Counted from the first letter of the stretch, positions 38,721 to 53,987 are shown. The stretch is 64,000 nucleotides of DNA from Octopus sinensis (GCF_006345805.1 NC_043002.1:15438001-15502000); one strand, 5' to 3'. Notes: generated from the sequence alone by a model not told the origin. Translations and numbers: made by a program.

Positions 38721-39268
38721 ACACAAACACACACACACATACACACACACACACACACACATACATACATATATATATATATATATATGTATGCATGCAT
38801 GGCACTAAATTGACTGAGAGCTGTCCTCAACACCAGTATTGCTAGAAATAAAAGTTAAAACAATTCATAGCCATAAGAAGCATTTATCTTAATGACGTAC
38901 AAGGAATGTAAAAACATTCGAGGGAGTGTGCCTCCTTTATCAATAACTAAGGTAAGTGCTTTTTGTGGATATGCGTTGTATTAATTCATATTTAAAAAAA
39001 AACAAGGGAGGCATGTTCCCTTGAAGGGGCTTTGCTTCCCATATCAGCCATGAAGTTTATTGCTTCTTGTGGGCATGAGTTGATTCAAATCCCATTTCTT
39101 GCAATACTTGTCCTAACTAGTGCTCTCAGTGAATTTCCTTACGTATATATATCTGCCATTCAGTTGTGATATTGAAAGTGAGCATCCCTTGTTATACATA
39201 CATACATATATACATATCTATCTATGTATCTATCTATATCTATATCTATCTCTCTCTCTCTCTCTCTC

Positions 39269-39319
<51 letters not shown>

Positions 39320-39610
39320 GAAAGTAAGAGAGAAGTCCCTGCAAATATCAAAGAGTACTGACTGTTAGACGAACTTGGTTAAGTATATCAAACAATAAGA
39401 CACCAATAAATGCAAGTAAAATGCGTATACATGATAGCCCCCTAAATGTGACAAGTATATCATTTCGAAGAATGTCGAGAAACGTAAGGTATCAGACAAC
39501 ATAATACGTATACCTTGAACTGTTAAATTCACCAGACATTTGGGTTTTCTTGTATTGGAGAATTTACAGCTGTGCATGAGTACCATATGAGATGCATATT
39601 GCCATGAATA

Positions 39611-39676
<66 letters not shown>

Positions 39677-39679
<3 letters not shown>

Positions 39680-39956
39680 CCTAGTGGTTAGGGCAGCGGA
39701 CTCGCGGTTTCGATTCCCAGACCGGGCGTTGTGTGTGTTTATTGAGCGAAAAAACCTAAAAGCTCCACGAGGCTCAGGCAGGGGGGAGTGATCCCTGCTG
39801 TACTCTTTCACCACACTTTCTCCCAAACTTTCTTCTGTTGGCCTGCTCGCTTAGCCAGCGGGGTGGCGTTATTCGAAGGCTAAAACAATGCGAACGCATT
39901 GTGACCAGCGATGTGTAACAACATCTGATGGTCTTGTCGGTCACGTGATCACGTGA
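39677..39956 (+). mobile_element. tRNA-derived SINE (tail type c)
   Basis: tggcctagtggttagggcagcgg...ggtttcgattccc head; the tail is also present at 53985-54095. Confidence 0.8.
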
Positions 39957-40058
39957 TATAGATATATATATATACACACATACACACACGCAAATACATG
40001 TATACGTATATAGCTATTATATTCTTGTTGATACTATCGCTCTCACATGTATATATAT

Positions 40059-40089
<31 letters not shown>

Positions 40090-40789
40090 GATATATATGA
40101 GTATCTCTGCGTGTGTGATTGTGTATGTATATGCACATATAATTTTACTGAAGTTGGAATACGTCCAATGCAGTAATCAGCTGAAGCCTAAGGCTAATTG
40201 CATTCTCGGAAATCTGTTGGTGTACAAAATCAATGTGTCATACCGAGAAATACAATATGCGACTTTCGTCAAAAGTGAGATATAATTTAGATAAGACAGA
40301 CAATTCATCGCTCCTGCAGTGACTAGTTAAAATTTTGTTTCGAGAGCTTTCTGCTTCTTACGCCATTGTACGCAAATGTTCCATGTGAAAACATTATACA
40401 TTTGCGCTTTAAACACGTGACTGGTATTTCATCAGACTTGCATCAAAAGCTGCACTCTTAAATTTTGCGACATTGAGACGTGGTATAACGCTTATTTCTG
40501 GATAAATAAAAAGAAAGAAATAAAAATCGAAAGAACCTTGAAAATAAATGTGCTAAAAACATAATGAAAAAAACAGAAGTAAAAGTGAAGAAAAATAGGA
40601 AAGAGAACAGGGAAGAACAGAAAGAAAGGCTAAGAGTACAGATCAAGTAGGATTATGTGGAGTGTGTACGTGAGTTTTCGAAATATACAAGCAGTGGCGG
40701 TCAATGGAGCCACATCAAAGGAAACACAAATGATAAATATTCCGCAAAGCAATTCGTTAGTGCCTCAGATATTCAGACGTACCCTTAGC

Positions 40790-41600
40790 TGTTCCAGTAG
40801 CCACCACTGCTAGCTATGCAGTGGATACAAATGTCTTTCAGCGGATACACAATCCTGAAAATATTGCTCATCTGCAACGGGAGCTGGAGAATATGTGAGC
40901 TGAGAACAATAATATGCAGTTTAGTGCTGGAAAATTCCTAGCCCCGTTTTACCACCACGCAAAGCTGAACACATTTTAGAGAAGATACACCGGCCTGGGA
41001 GTAATTGCAATGTATGAATTAAAATCCGTGCGTGACCTGGGTATTAACACGAGGAGTGATACGTCTTTCTTGGTGCATATTATTTGATAATAAATTGCAG
41101 ACGACTAACCTGATGGATCATCTGAACTTTCAGAACGGGAGAACAGGAGGACATATTTTCTCAGTCACTTAGACCACTACTCAAATCTATGGTCCCACCA
41201 CAGCAATGCAACGATTCTACGCAAGTGAAGTTGTCTCAATGCAACGTGTCAACTACTAGAGACGTTTGAAAAAGTTAAGGTTGTACTTCTTAGAACGAAG
41301 GCGGAAGACAAATGCAGTGATATACATCTGGAACATAGTGGAACGAGTTGTATCAAACTTTGGCATTGGAATTTACAGCAGGAAAGAGCGCCCCAACATA
41401 GTGCAAATGATGCCGATATCACCCTCCAACTACATGAAGAGATATTGCAACAGCTAGGGTTTCAGGGGCTCTTCAATATCCTTAAAAATTGCCTGAGAGA
41501 CTGGCATGGTGTGGATATAGGTGTATTCAAAATAAAACAGGATCTCGTAACATCAGGACAAGAAACACAGATGAATGTAGCAGCATCGACCTCACGCATC
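40790..41600 (+). pseudogene. Older, decayed 3' part of the CR1/L2-group LINE ORF2
   Basis: Aligns to ~16630-17520, e.g. gtgcgtgacctgggtatt and KKLRLYFLERRRK..VIYIWNIVE. Confidence 0.8.
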
Positions 41601-41762
41601 ACCGAATGTCGCACACGACTGTGTTTTTACTAATCTCAGATATTACTGACAATTTTAGTTCTAATATATTATTTCTACTGGCATTTTTGCACCAGTAATT
41701 TATATTGTTTATGCAGGGTTTCTGATTTGTGTACCGTGGTGAAAAACTTTGTTGTTAATAAA

Positions 41763-42260
41763 ATGATACCAAATGGAAAAGTATTGTCTGAAGATTCGAA
41801 GAAAATTATTTTTAACTTGCACAAGAATAGATAAGATTACAGGTTAATTAGAAAATGAATATATATTAGCGTAAACACAATTGCGAAAGTAATTCAGAAA
41901 TACAAAGCTACTGGAAGGTTAAGTAATAAACATCGTCCACTTCGTCATTCTGTTTTAATTGCGTATGATATTCGCCACATCCAGCATTGCGTGAGGGACA
42001 ACAGGTGTCTTACCGCTCCATCATTGGTCCAAAAAATGTGTTCTAACGGAAATAGTGTTTCCTCCTAAACAGTACGCCGAAGTTTGAATCAGTGTGATCT
42101 TCATGGATGCATTCTTCGTAGGAAACCTCTCCTCACTATCAGGCATAAATCAAGTCGTCCTTGTTTTGTCGAAACCTATGTGAGAAAGGGGAAGGAGTTT
42201 TGAAGTTTTCGAATAATTTTATTTTTCTAACGAGACAAAAATAAACTAGTTTCGATCAGT
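41763..42260 (+). pseudogene. Tc1 transposase N-terminal remnant
   Basis: MIPNGKVLSEDSKKIIFNLHK...ISVNTIAKVIQKYKATG and later LHGCILRRKPLLT..HK..R, then FSNETKIN. Confidence 0.75.
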
Positions 42261-42587
42261 TGCAATTGAAATTGCATTTACAAGTGCTAGTTTCCTATGC
42301 AGTCAAAACGTGCTTGAGATAAATTTAAAGGAGATACTCTGTGTAGAAATAAAATTTTTCACTTGTACTAATTTCTTTACTCATTGAGTTATTGGATATA
42401 ACCTCAGTAAAATAATTGTATTGCTGCGAAGTCACCTCAAGATTTACCTTTAGAATCAATTACAAAGGAATTGCTCAATCGAGTAAAAACAGGAGATCCT
42501 TACACATTGATGAGGTTAATGATACGTCTGGCATCTGCGTGGGTAATTTATCTCTATTTATGTGTGTATATATATATATGTGTGTGT

Positions 42588-42629
<42 letters not shown>

Positions 42630-44548
42630 ACCAAAAGAGGATGGGAAGGGAGAGAGAAAATGAAGAAGTCAGAGAAGGGATATTTACAATAATGACTAGA
42701 ATATAACGAATCTGATCGTGACAACTCAAATGAAATTACTTTCCCAATCGTCCAAAGAGCAGACACGCATAAACATATATCATGATGACTAATAATATTT
42801 AGCGATTATAATTTTACTGAAAGTAATTGTCCCTTAATTCCTGTGATCGGACTGATGAAATTTCCCCATAGAATCTTATGTAAGTTTAGGGAGACATTTG
42901 TAAAAATGTCTACTGAAACTGGAATTTAAATTAATATCGATACGTCACTATCATAGAACCTATTTTTAGGCCAGTTCATATTAGTTCTGCTCACAGAGGT
43001 CTTTTAGACTATATAATACAGAATATGTATTGGCAAATTATACAACCAAACAAATGAGATTATTTCTGATGCCATAGTTGCAACCCTTCATTATATTTGA
43101 TATATAAAACTATTAGTAATGGCGTTATATTGTCCTTAAAAATATCCGAAAAAACTGAAATATTAGGTATAATCATTAGCTTTATGAAAAAGTAGGGAAT
43201 TTAGATTTGGTAACAATTGTCTCTTTTCATGCAATTGATGTAGTTTTCTCTACATAGACGTAGAAGCCGAACACGCGCATGCAGAGTGCGAATTTATTCC
43301 TGTCTTCTCACATATTCTTCTCTTTATGCTGAGGATATCAATTCTGGCTCAGACTCCTGCAAAGGAACGATGAGAATGACACTTGGGTGACCTTGTCCCT
43401 CAAGCAAAATGATGGATACATTGCAGCTAATGAGTAGCATTGTATTTTCCACATTCAGCATGTTGAATTTGTGCCACCATACACGTCAGTAGTCATCCCT
43501 TGGTACACTGGTAAAATTGCGAGCAACGAAGATATTACTTTTCATCTACTTCAGCGTGTGAATTGGGATCCGATGCTATATAAACTGAAGTAACTATCAT
43601 CAATGCTTTGTGTAATTAAATGCTTGTGGCCTATATGTGCTGATTAGAAGTAACTCTTACCATGAGGTGGGTGGTGGAGAAAGTGCTGATGAGATGGGCA
43701 GAGAATCAAGCAATTTGAATTTTCAGATATCTCTTCTGGAGTTAGAGGAAGCTTCTTTCATACTAATTTCACGCTAAATCCACTTTATTCTCAGTGGGAT
43801 AGTTGCGCGAACTATTATTGTTTTTACTTCATAACATCACCTACAATATTTCTTAACATAGCTCTAATATTATTGGACTTATATGAGTATACAAGGTCAT
43901 TTCATTCTGCTTTTTGTAGGAGTAATGTTTTCCCTTCCTTAATAATTCTTACAATTTTCTCCGTAAGGAAGTAATCTTTGTAAAGACAGTTCTATCAACA
44001 ACAAAGAGATGTATTAGATTAACGCTCGGTAAGGTGAGAAAATCTATTACGTTTCGTATCTACACTCTTCAGCAGAGAGGAACACGAGGAAATAAACAGA
44101 TTGAGAATATATATATGTGTGTGCGTATGTGTGTGTCAGTGTGAGCGTGTGTATATACACATGTGTGCGTGCATATATGTATATATGTAAAATATATATC
44201 CAGTATTGTTATTTCTTTTGAAGCGCCTTAATGTCGAAATGCTATTAGTTCTACCGTTTTACATTGTTCTGTATAATAAATATGATTTAATTATTGGTGA
44301 TAATTTCAAAAACAGGCTTCGTATATTGAGTGCATCGAGCCCAGTGCTACTCGAAGAGCCGAATATTTGGTTTCATAAACAGCATGTGCAATACGTCAAT
44401 TTATACGGTTTATTTAATTTGTAAGAATGGCCAGTAAGTATAGATATATTCTGCCTCATGTAATGTAAGCAGGGGGATTAGGGGATTATATAATCTCAAA
44501 TAGATTTCACAAAATTTCAATGTATCTATCTACCTATCTAAACAAGCA

Positions 44549-44587
<39 letters not shown>

Positions 44588-45394
44588 ACTAAGTATTAAT
44601 ATTTCTGGATATATTATATTCTGGGGATTACGTAACTGTGGTTGTGACATTTTATTCTCTTTTATTGGTCATTTCGGAAGCTGTAATGGAGTGATGTATT
44701 CATTTTAATCCTGACACTAAACCCGCTCCCATGCATATAAGCTAGAAATCCAGAGAAATGTCAGAGTATGATTTGTTAAACTGCTTGTTTACTTATATTT
44801 AGAAAGATTAGTTGGATGAAGAAATTCTAAGATTTCAGGGATTCTGGATATAGCAGTAAATTTAAGATGTTCGTTTGGCAACAAAATATTTTGAGATTAG
44901 CCCTATAGCAGTGCAGTGACACCATCGGTTATTGACTTCTACCGCAGTCTAATGTGCTGTCACTGTTCTCGGTAGATACTATTTATGGGGCAGCATGCTG
45001 CGTGTGTGTATGTGTGTGTATGTGTATATGATTGAATACATACATATATCCATACATACATACATACATACACACATATAAAGTGACATAATGAAATAAA
45101 AATCCAAGGCTGTAAACAGTTTTGAGAATATTCCTAAAGAAAAAGTCTGAATTTTTTTTATCTCATTCTGTCAATTTATATATATGTATGTTAATACATG
45201 ACCCATGTTGGACTCCTCCTTCATAACATTATCTAACCTGGAGCTTTACCATGGTCTACCCGACATCTTTTGGGTCCTCTTGCCACCAATTGTTTTCATA
45301 CTCTCTACATGTGTGCATGCATACATGCATATATTTATATATCTCTATATATCTCTATTATATGCCTCATATATATATATATATATAGTTATTC

Positions 45395-45590
45395 CAAACA
45401 TGAACAAAGAGAAAACACAACAACGCGAGGACGTGGAACAAGTATAGTGTTATTGGACGCTCAGGAAAGGAAGCAAATAAGGAGGATTTACCGTTGCGAG
45501 TGGAGCTCATCGTCAGATATATAGAAAAGGAAAAGTTGCAAGGAAGGGAAGATGGGGAAAGAAAATCGCCAACGATACACACGCTGTCGC
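45395..45590 (-). mobile_element. Penelope-like remnant with degenerate hammerhead core
   Basis: Minus strand ctgacga-t-gagctccactc-gcaacggta. Confidence 0.4.
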
Positions 45591-46929
45591 ATATTATATG
45601 TATATACATATATTATATTATATTGTATATATGTGTGTGTGTATAAATTGGTTTGATTACCTGTATGCACGCTTGATTATGTCTACATGAGTCTATGTTC
45701 GTGTGAACGAATATTTTTCTTTTCTTTATGTCTCCATAAATCGACAATTTATCAACGAAATACTTGAATGATGCAACAATGATGGCAATATAAGTTTGTG
45801 TTTTCAAAGCTGTTTGTGTCAAAAACTGGAACGTTAGAGGTTGCATTGTTATCAGAAGGAATACAGCTGTGAATTAGAATGATAGATAATGATATTTCCT
45901 CTAACAAAATCTACCTACAATTGCCCTACAGATATTTTAATGGAAATCGTTTTTTCTTTTATACGTTATTTAATTCATGAGGAATAGCAAAATTATGCTT
46001 TCTTTGTTTTCATATTAAGGAGAAGCATGTAATATGTCTTTATCTTGCTTAGATAGGTTTTAAAACACCCAAGAACAGTAAATAAACTACATTATATGAA
46101 ATGTGTTTATGTATTCTATATGACATACTAGCTACAACTTTTCTAAAATGCGCTAGTGAATTTTATAATCTGACATACTAGGAATAAAATTTGGAAGACC
46201 GTATATAAAACCCAACTTATAAATTGATTCTGACCGAATATATTTATCAATAGAAATGTATAACGCATGTAATAAATTTCGGTTGAGAGAAGATCCCTTC
46301 TTAAATGCAGATTTACGTATTGTAGCATCAATTAAAATTTTCTTGAAATAATCATCAAATCAGGTTTGTTCTTGGACGCGGTTTGCATTGAAGAAATCTA
46401 AATGAACTCCATGCCATTTGCAATAGATAATTATATATTTTGATGTCATGTAACCTAAGTTCTCTTTATTAAAATGGATATTTTATATGTATTAATGATC
46501 TGTGCAATATCTCCATTAACAACCAGCAATCTTGGTCTATTCAACACTATAGAAAATACCATAAACATTTTTTAAAATCATATCCAAAGTGTTAATCTCA
46601 CCTCGATAATTGTATAAATGCTGTATATTTGAAATGCCAAGCAGGGATCTTTCACAGTTTCTCATAAAAACACTGCATTTTTTGCCAGGTGAAACAGCTA
46701 AACACATTTGCAATTGCGTCATGATAAAACATATGATTCATGATTTTTTTATTTGAATACCTCGAAACTGAAAATAGTATGTAACATACACTGGTACAGT
46801 AAACATTCTGAAACGAAATAATGCATTCAGACCCATAATATTTCAATGAAATACATCAGCTCACAAGACCAGCAACGAAATTGATATCGTTATCGGTAAG
46901 TGTACAGCGGTGTAGTACATCCGCTGATT

Positions 46930-47159
46930 CTTTTACTTGTTTTAGACATTTTGACTGTGGCTATGCTGGAGCACCGCCTTTTAGTCAGGCAAATCGACAC
47001 CAGGACTTAATCTTTGTAAGCCTAGTACTTACTATATCGTTCTCTTTTGCCGAACCACTAAGTTACGGGGACGTAAACACACGAGCATCGGCTGTCAAGC
47101 GATGTTGGGGGCACACACACGCATATATATATATATGTGTGTGTGTGTGTGCCCCCAAC

Positions 47160-47192
<33 letters not shown>

Positions 47193-47355
47193 CGACGGGA
47201 TACTTTAAGTTCCCGTCTAACAAATCCACTCACAAGCTTTGGTCGGCCCGTGGATATAATAGAAGAGATTTGCACAAGGTGCCATGCAGTGGGACTGAAC
47301 CCGGAACCATATGGTTGGTAAGCAACCTACTTACCACACAGCTACTCCTGCTCCT
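46930..47355 (-). mobile_element. Full-length tRNA-derived SINE with internal microsatellite and LINE-like tail
   Basis: Minus head gtagctgtgtggtaag...gggttcagtccc, CORE-like ggcaccttgtgcaaat, and tail ggcggtgctccagcatagccacagtcaaaatgtctaaaac. Confidence 0.8.
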
Positions 47356-47819
47356 ATTTACAATACCCAAGAAAAGAAAAAGCACTTGAGACACATACCG
47401 TCTTATCGTGGTGTAGAAAATTGTTCAGACATATATCAGCAGTAGAAACAAAAACGAAATCATGTTAGATAATATACTTAAACACATCCAGCAGAAGCCA
47501 CCCATAAACTAGCGAAAATATTAAAAATAATAATTGTATCTTTCACAAACTTGCTACATTTTCACTGACCTCACAGTTATTGAAAACCAAAAAATAGTGT
47601 AGGTATGGTTTTTCGCCTGCAAAATTCATTCATTAAAGTTTTTGTCTATATTAGAAAATAAATAATTGACGAAGTAGACAATCGTGCAGTATTAAAATTT
47701 GACATAGAAATCAATACTAAAATGATAATAAAGAAATTGTGTTAATGGGGGAAAATCATTACTTTGGAAAGCATTTCGATTCCATTTCACTAATAGACAA
47801 ATAAATTCAGATTAAAACA

Positions 47820-48730
47820 ACAGGCACTCCGTCGGTTACGACGACGTGTTTTCCAGTTCATCCGATCAACGGAACAGAATGCACGTGGAATTAACGTGTT
47901 AGTAGATCGGCACTCGACAGACACGTTTACCCTTAACTCCTTAATGGGTTATCCCGAGTTAACTCGTGCATCGCAAATGTATCTTTTGAGAATAACACGA
48001 GTATACTCAAACGAATTTATTTGTTTTGTGTCGTTTCAGTTTTACTCGAGTAGTTTAAAAAAAAAAGTATTTTTTTCATTTGATGGATTTGGTTATCTGC
48101 AATGCCTATGTTTTGTATAAAGCATGTGTGCAAAATGCGCAGAGAAAGAAAATTCGAAGAGAAAGCAGATACATGTGTGATGTCTGTAAGATAACTTTGT
48201 GTGTAACTGCTTGTTTCAAAAATTATCATTTTAAATAACTGTCAATCTCATTTTTTTTATAAATATTCCTTTGATTTAAAAGCAATCTATCTTATAAAAA
48301 ATCGAAGATAGTTAAATTATATGTATTTTTCAATGTCCAAGTTAACTCGTTTAAGTTCAAATGATTAAAGGTACATTTTAATTTCTATGATAAAAAATAA
48401 ATGAAACAAGATAAAAAATACAAACCATTTTTGTATTTAACACTGTATATAATTAAGAAAGGAAATTAAAAAAATATGCTCTGAAATGAAACGCCATGTC
48501 AAAATAATTGATCCTTTAAGGTTTTAACGTAGTTCTCAGTGAGATTCAGCGTGACACAGAATGTGGAAAAGCTGGCCATTTGAAACAAGTGCAACTCATT
48601 TTTGTCAACTGAATGAATTTGAGTAACGCGAAATACAGTGTCATACTGAAGGACACAACGCGTGACCATGAATTGAACTCATGTCCTCAAGATCGTGTGC
48701 CGAATACCCTAATCATTAAGCGACACACCA
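47820..48730 (-). mobile_element. SINE (tail type b) split by a piggyBac insertion
   Basis: 47820-47936 and 48524-48730 rejoin at TTAA into a sequence collinear with 38415-38540. Confidence 0.7.
47937..48523 (+). mobile_element. Internally deleted piggyBac element
   Basis: TTAA duplicated at 47933-36 and 48524-27, with degenerate cctta/taagg ends. Internal KKVFF-HLMDLVICNAYVLYK is joined to the Cys-rich CAKCAEKKIRRESRYMCDVCKITLCVTACFKNYH. Confidence 0.85.
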
Positions 48731-49595
48731 TCACAGTAGAACAGTTAATATTGTATCACTCAAATACACTAAGCTATTGATCATTTATACCAAATTATTG
48801 TGCAACACATGTATTATGGTATACCCCTAATAAAATTGAACGTATTTCACACAAAATTAAACCAAACGAATTATGGGTGTAGAGTATGTGAACACCTAAT
48901 AAAGTTTCATGAAACGAAGCAGAGAGCGGTTCGAAAATCATAAACTGACAGTAAAATACAGCAAATATATAACATCACAAAACTCCACAAGCACATAAAA
49001 CTGATATCTGATTACATATTTCAAATATAATTTATAAATTTCATCCGAAAACTCCAAACTTATGAATTTTAACTGGTAAAATCGTGTGTCAAATACGGCC
49101 ATCACTCCAACGCATGTAGCATACGGTATAATTACAACATAATAATCTATATCAACAAACTTTGCTAGACAGCAATATGTCAATAACTATAATACCCAAT
49201 ATTTATAGAAATAAAGATCGAGGTATATTCTAGAGGACAATTCTGAATCGGTAAGACAGATGTCAAATGATATGCATTTCTTCTAGATTTTAAGTCAAGA
49301 GATCGTTGTATTTCATGCTCAACAGGAAAAAAGAAAGAGATTATAATATACCCAAAGTTAACAGTTATGGATGTGATATATTTATTGAAACACACACACA
49401 AACATGTACACAATCTCACACCACTGCAGATATGTAGGCGCGACTACTTGAGAGCGCGCTCACGCACACACATGCATGGAAATATTTTCTCGCTACACTG
49501 TTGTTGTCAACGATAGTGAAATCATAACTGATTAAAATTTTTATTCGTTACGTACAAAATATGTAATCTTTCTGTCTGTCTCTCTCTATGTACAT

Positions 49596-49653
<58 letters not shown>

Positions 49654-50835
49654 ACATACACACAGACACACACACACACATTTATATATATATAGTTAGT
49701 TTAGAATGAAGTTATATGGAAATTGATAAAACAAAAGTACAAAGCAATAAGTAAAGGAGAAAAAATTCTAATAGTTCTCACAACCACACTGCAATTCATC
49801 ATACACGTGACGTACAATCTATCGCAATTTTTCTATAAATGTAAACCAGGCATCATTCTCAAATAACTTTCAGTTTCATTCTTGGTCACTCTAATTGGTC
49901 TTGTGTGTATCGGTGTTGCTACCGCCTTCAGATGTCACTTTTGTTTCGATTTCAATGTGCAAATGTATATATTTTCTGAGCTTGTTAAATTCTTTTGCTG
50001 AGATATTATGACAACAAGGAATACGCATATCGATCAACAAACAGAAGTTGTTGTTTTCTTATTTGACAACAATATCCGGTTTATTAGCTTTTTTCTTTCT
50101 ATCCGTATGCAAGGAAAACCCAAAACAATCGTTACATTTTAGCTATAGACTCAAGGTAGTGCTTATAGCATTTATCAACAGTTCTGAGTCTATACATGCA
50201 GACAGTAACCAATGTAGACACAGACCACCTCTGTCAAGTCTTGTTTTATACCCCATTCTGTATTTGTCGGTCTCAGTTGTTTTATCAATTCTGCACTATA
50301 CATAGTCTCCCCTAAATACTTGCTCTTGTGATGCGCATATATGTACTTTTCTTTCTATGTGCAAGTCACACAAACAGATCTATAACATCCGGACTTCTCT
50401 ATCTTACTCTGCGCACATACCTATTATAAACTGATTGCCAATTCTTTCTCTGTTCATGTCTTTTATTTCATGTTTTCTGCATTACGTTTCGTTTTGTTAA
50501 CACAGTTACCTGTCTTCGTGACGCTGGACCTCTTCACAACCATCAAATATTGTTCCGCGACATATTTTATATACGATTGTAAATTGATTTACTCTGATTC
50601 AACACGACCCTGCCAAATTATCAAACTTCTCCCACCATTTCTTCAGGACAACTATAACCCATCGGTGTCACTCGTAGGATGAGTTTCTCCATGAATGATC
50701 AGCAATTTCCGAGGCTTATTCATAAACATCAGTTCATTCTTTATTCTTTATTCTTTATTCATAAACATCAGTTCATTATTTTACTGATTTGTGATTCCAG
50801 ATCCATACCCAGATGATGTTATCGTCCATGAATTT

Positions 50836-50845
50836 ACTGCTGCTG

Positions 50846-50925
<80 letters not shown>

Positions 50926-50953
50926 GTTACTGCTGCTGCTACTACTGCTACTA
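50836..50953. repeat. (CTA)n/(CTG)n microsatellite
   Basis: Directly visible. Confidence 0.95.
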
Positions 50954-51019
50954 TTTTCATATACATACAACAGATTAGACTGGTGGAAAAGAAAAGAATC
51001 CTATCATCGTGCTATAGCA

Positions 51020-51830
51020 AGTAACCTTAGATGCCAAGAACCTAGTAAGTACCCTAGCAGTCCATGATAACACTGTTTTCTGCAGATGTACTAAACTGGA
51101 TTTTATGGGATAAATTTTACCTGCACTTTCCATAGTCTCTGTAATTAAATGGCTACGTCCTGCTACTTTGCTATTATTCTATACCTCTCATATTGCTTTT
51201 TTAATATCATTTGGGGCTGTAAAACCAATTATCTGGCACTTTCTATTCTCTTTATGTACCACTATTAAATCAGGACTTCTTTTACTCTATCAGTCTGAAT
51301 ATTAATGTCCCAAAACATCTCATATTTATTATTTTAGTACTTTTCTAGGTTGCTGTTCATACCATTTATTTAATCCTAGCTTTCTGTATAACTCACAGTA
51401 TATTCTTTCTGTGCCACTTTAACACGTTAATTTAATATATGAGTAACGCTTTCCTTTTTTGATTCGCGCAAATATCTTGTCTCACTTGTCAGCTTTCAAT
51501 TCTACAGCCATAACCATTTCTCGTTACTGCTATTTGCTGCCTGCCCTTGGGTGGAGTCCTCCATACACATTGAATTCCTTACCAGGTCTTCTGTCTAGCG
51601 TTGCTAATTCCGTTTTGCCCAATCTACAAAAGCTGCTGCGTATGTAAGTAATAATACTGCCCTAGTATTTGCAGCCTTCACTTGATTCGGATCATTTTGC
51701 TTTGATTTCATTAGCTTCCTCACTCTTCTGATGTACTCCTTAATTTTCGTGTTGATTTTTATAGTTTGTACTCTATCAAATTCTAATAATCCTAGATACT
51801 TATAAATCTCACCTCCTTTCAAGGTTTTTA
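51020..51830 (-). pseudogene. Decayed R4/Dong-type LINE fragment
   Basis: Minus YKYLGLLE..KEYIRRVRKLMKSK.N...VKAANTRAV, followed by RLE-like remnants. Adjacent to (CTA)n. Confidence 0.7.
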
Positions 51831-52249
51831 TTCATGAAATCGCAATATTTTGAGTAAAACATGATTTATTTGGTTTTTTTTAAATTTAAACTAAAGAAAA
51901 GCGTAGTTGAGAAAACTGAGGCAAAAAGTATTCAACATGGTTGCAGGCGATCCTTCAATATGCATGCTTCCACATATGCTCGTAAGAGATTTGAGCGTAG
52001 CGCTTGTCAAGCTAACATGTTACAGCGAAATAATGTTTGCTAAGAGGATTTAAAGTAGGGCCTACGACTTACGTGAGGGAGGACGCTTGATAAATCTAAG
52101 AAACGTAAATGCATTAGAGGAAAAAAGGCGGTGAAGCGCATAGACGATGAGATGGACGGAAAATATCACCGTGGAAAAAGGCAGGGTATTATCGAGGGGA
52201 CTAACAATGAAATGCAAAGGCATAAAGTATGTGTCGACAGGAAACGGAT

Positions 52250-52900
52250 TTGCAATTTTACCAGTAGCTGAAGACTCAAAAAGCAAGCTCAATGCTTGAA
52301 AAGGTTTGAAGCACTGCTTTATGATTTGCATCGATGGTTCTTTGCTGCCAATAATGGTCTCGTAGCATCTCTTCCTATACGAAATCCGTTAACACCTCTA
52401 ATGGGGCTAGTACAAAACGAGCGAATAATTAACGATCAATACTTAAAAAGAATGTTCCATCTTAGTTGTTACAGTTACTGGAGTTGCATTTTATTCTTAA
52501 ACAATGCGAACATGTTTGCACCTCAAACGTTTTGTTGTAGCTGGCAATCAATTTCTTGATGTGTTTTTTCTACTGCAAATGAATTGATGGTTTTTTGAAG
52601 CTGTTTCGTGAGTGATTTAATGTCATTCAATTCATGCATGGATAGTGTTGCGCAATTGGTGATTCCTCAAATAGTATATTCACATCACTATACAGTTCCC
52701 AGTAAAATTCAATCATTCTGTATGTTTCTTGTTGGGGTTAAATACATCTCAGAATTGTGGTTCTAAGTGAGGCTGCTTCATTAATGTTCGGCTAATGAAA
52801 CCTTTGTTTTTTTCCTATATAACATGAATGAAGTGGCTATCGGCAACAAAGGAGCTTAATTGCAGCGAAAGATGTTAGTAGATTTTCAGGCTATCTTCTG
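52250..52900 (-). pseudogene. Possible hAT transposase remnant
   Basis: Minus VTT/RWN (~TRWNS) and CFKPFQALS (~LKPFxxAT) in the expected order. Very decayed. Confidence 0.3.
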
Positions 52901-53901
52901 GGACTTATCTACAAAATTTAGCTTTTGTTTCGTGTTGGGGATTCATAACAGAGTAAGTTATTTCCTACAAGCACACGTCTGAAAGTCTGCATAATCTCAC
53001 CCTCTCTATTACTTTCTATCTATGTGTAACATGTACACATGTGGGTATGAAGGCATTTAAATTGATTTTTAGAACTTCAATCCATTTCTAAAAAGCTGTT
53101 TACAAAGAATATTCGATAAGATTGAATGAAAACAAATTAAAATTATGTGTTATTCCCGCGAGTGTTGATTTAGTCAATACCAGTTAATTGTCACATCCGG
53201 CCCTTATTGAAGACGGTTGTCTAATTTGACACTGCCTCCATAAAACACACTCTCAATGGGTAACGCTAAATTAATATTTGCTTATTTAATTGTAGTTATT
53301 CTATTGAAGCAACAAAGAGGGATTATACGCATGTGAGTGAGCGTATGATATGTTATCCGCGAATTTGCTGGGTAACTATAATTACTTTAATAGCAAGTTG
53401 CCGTATAACTGTTTCCAAGAATATTTTCGTACTAGGTATATAAGTATGTAGCCTCTTATGAAATTTCTTCGATATAATGCTATTTTATTCATCGATTAAT
53501 GTTTTCAAAATACACCACCACCTCTAAAGATTATAATTCTATTATCGTTTAATAAACGAATAAACCTCATTTCATTATTATTTCGCTCAACACATTCATG
53601 CAATTTATATTATGAATTTACATCACTGTCTAGACGTGATTTTCTTTTTAATATGATATGAAATATTTTTCATCCAATTAAAAAGAAAGATAGTAATGTA
53701 TTATATTATGGTAAATTATTACTCACATGCACACATATTTCGTCATGTGCTATGGCGTTTTCAATCTCCTTTCACACGCATACACGCATATGTATATTAT
53801 ATATTAAACCGAATTGTGATACATCTCGTGAATGTATCTGTACACACACAAATATATACATACTTTCACTCATACACACATATATATAAATATGTATATA
53901 T

Positions 53902-53984
<83 letters not shown>

Positions 53985-53987
<3 letters not shown>

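Noticed and set aside
39677-39725. tRNA-like sequences with A and B boxes
   Set aside because: No complete cloverleaf. They continue into SINE core and tail and recur as diverged copies.
43686-43715. ctgatga-gat...atc as a hammerhead
   Set aside because: No GAAA after stem II and no stem I/III. Other isolated CTGATGA hits (3048, 17950, 42853) also lack the rest of the fold.
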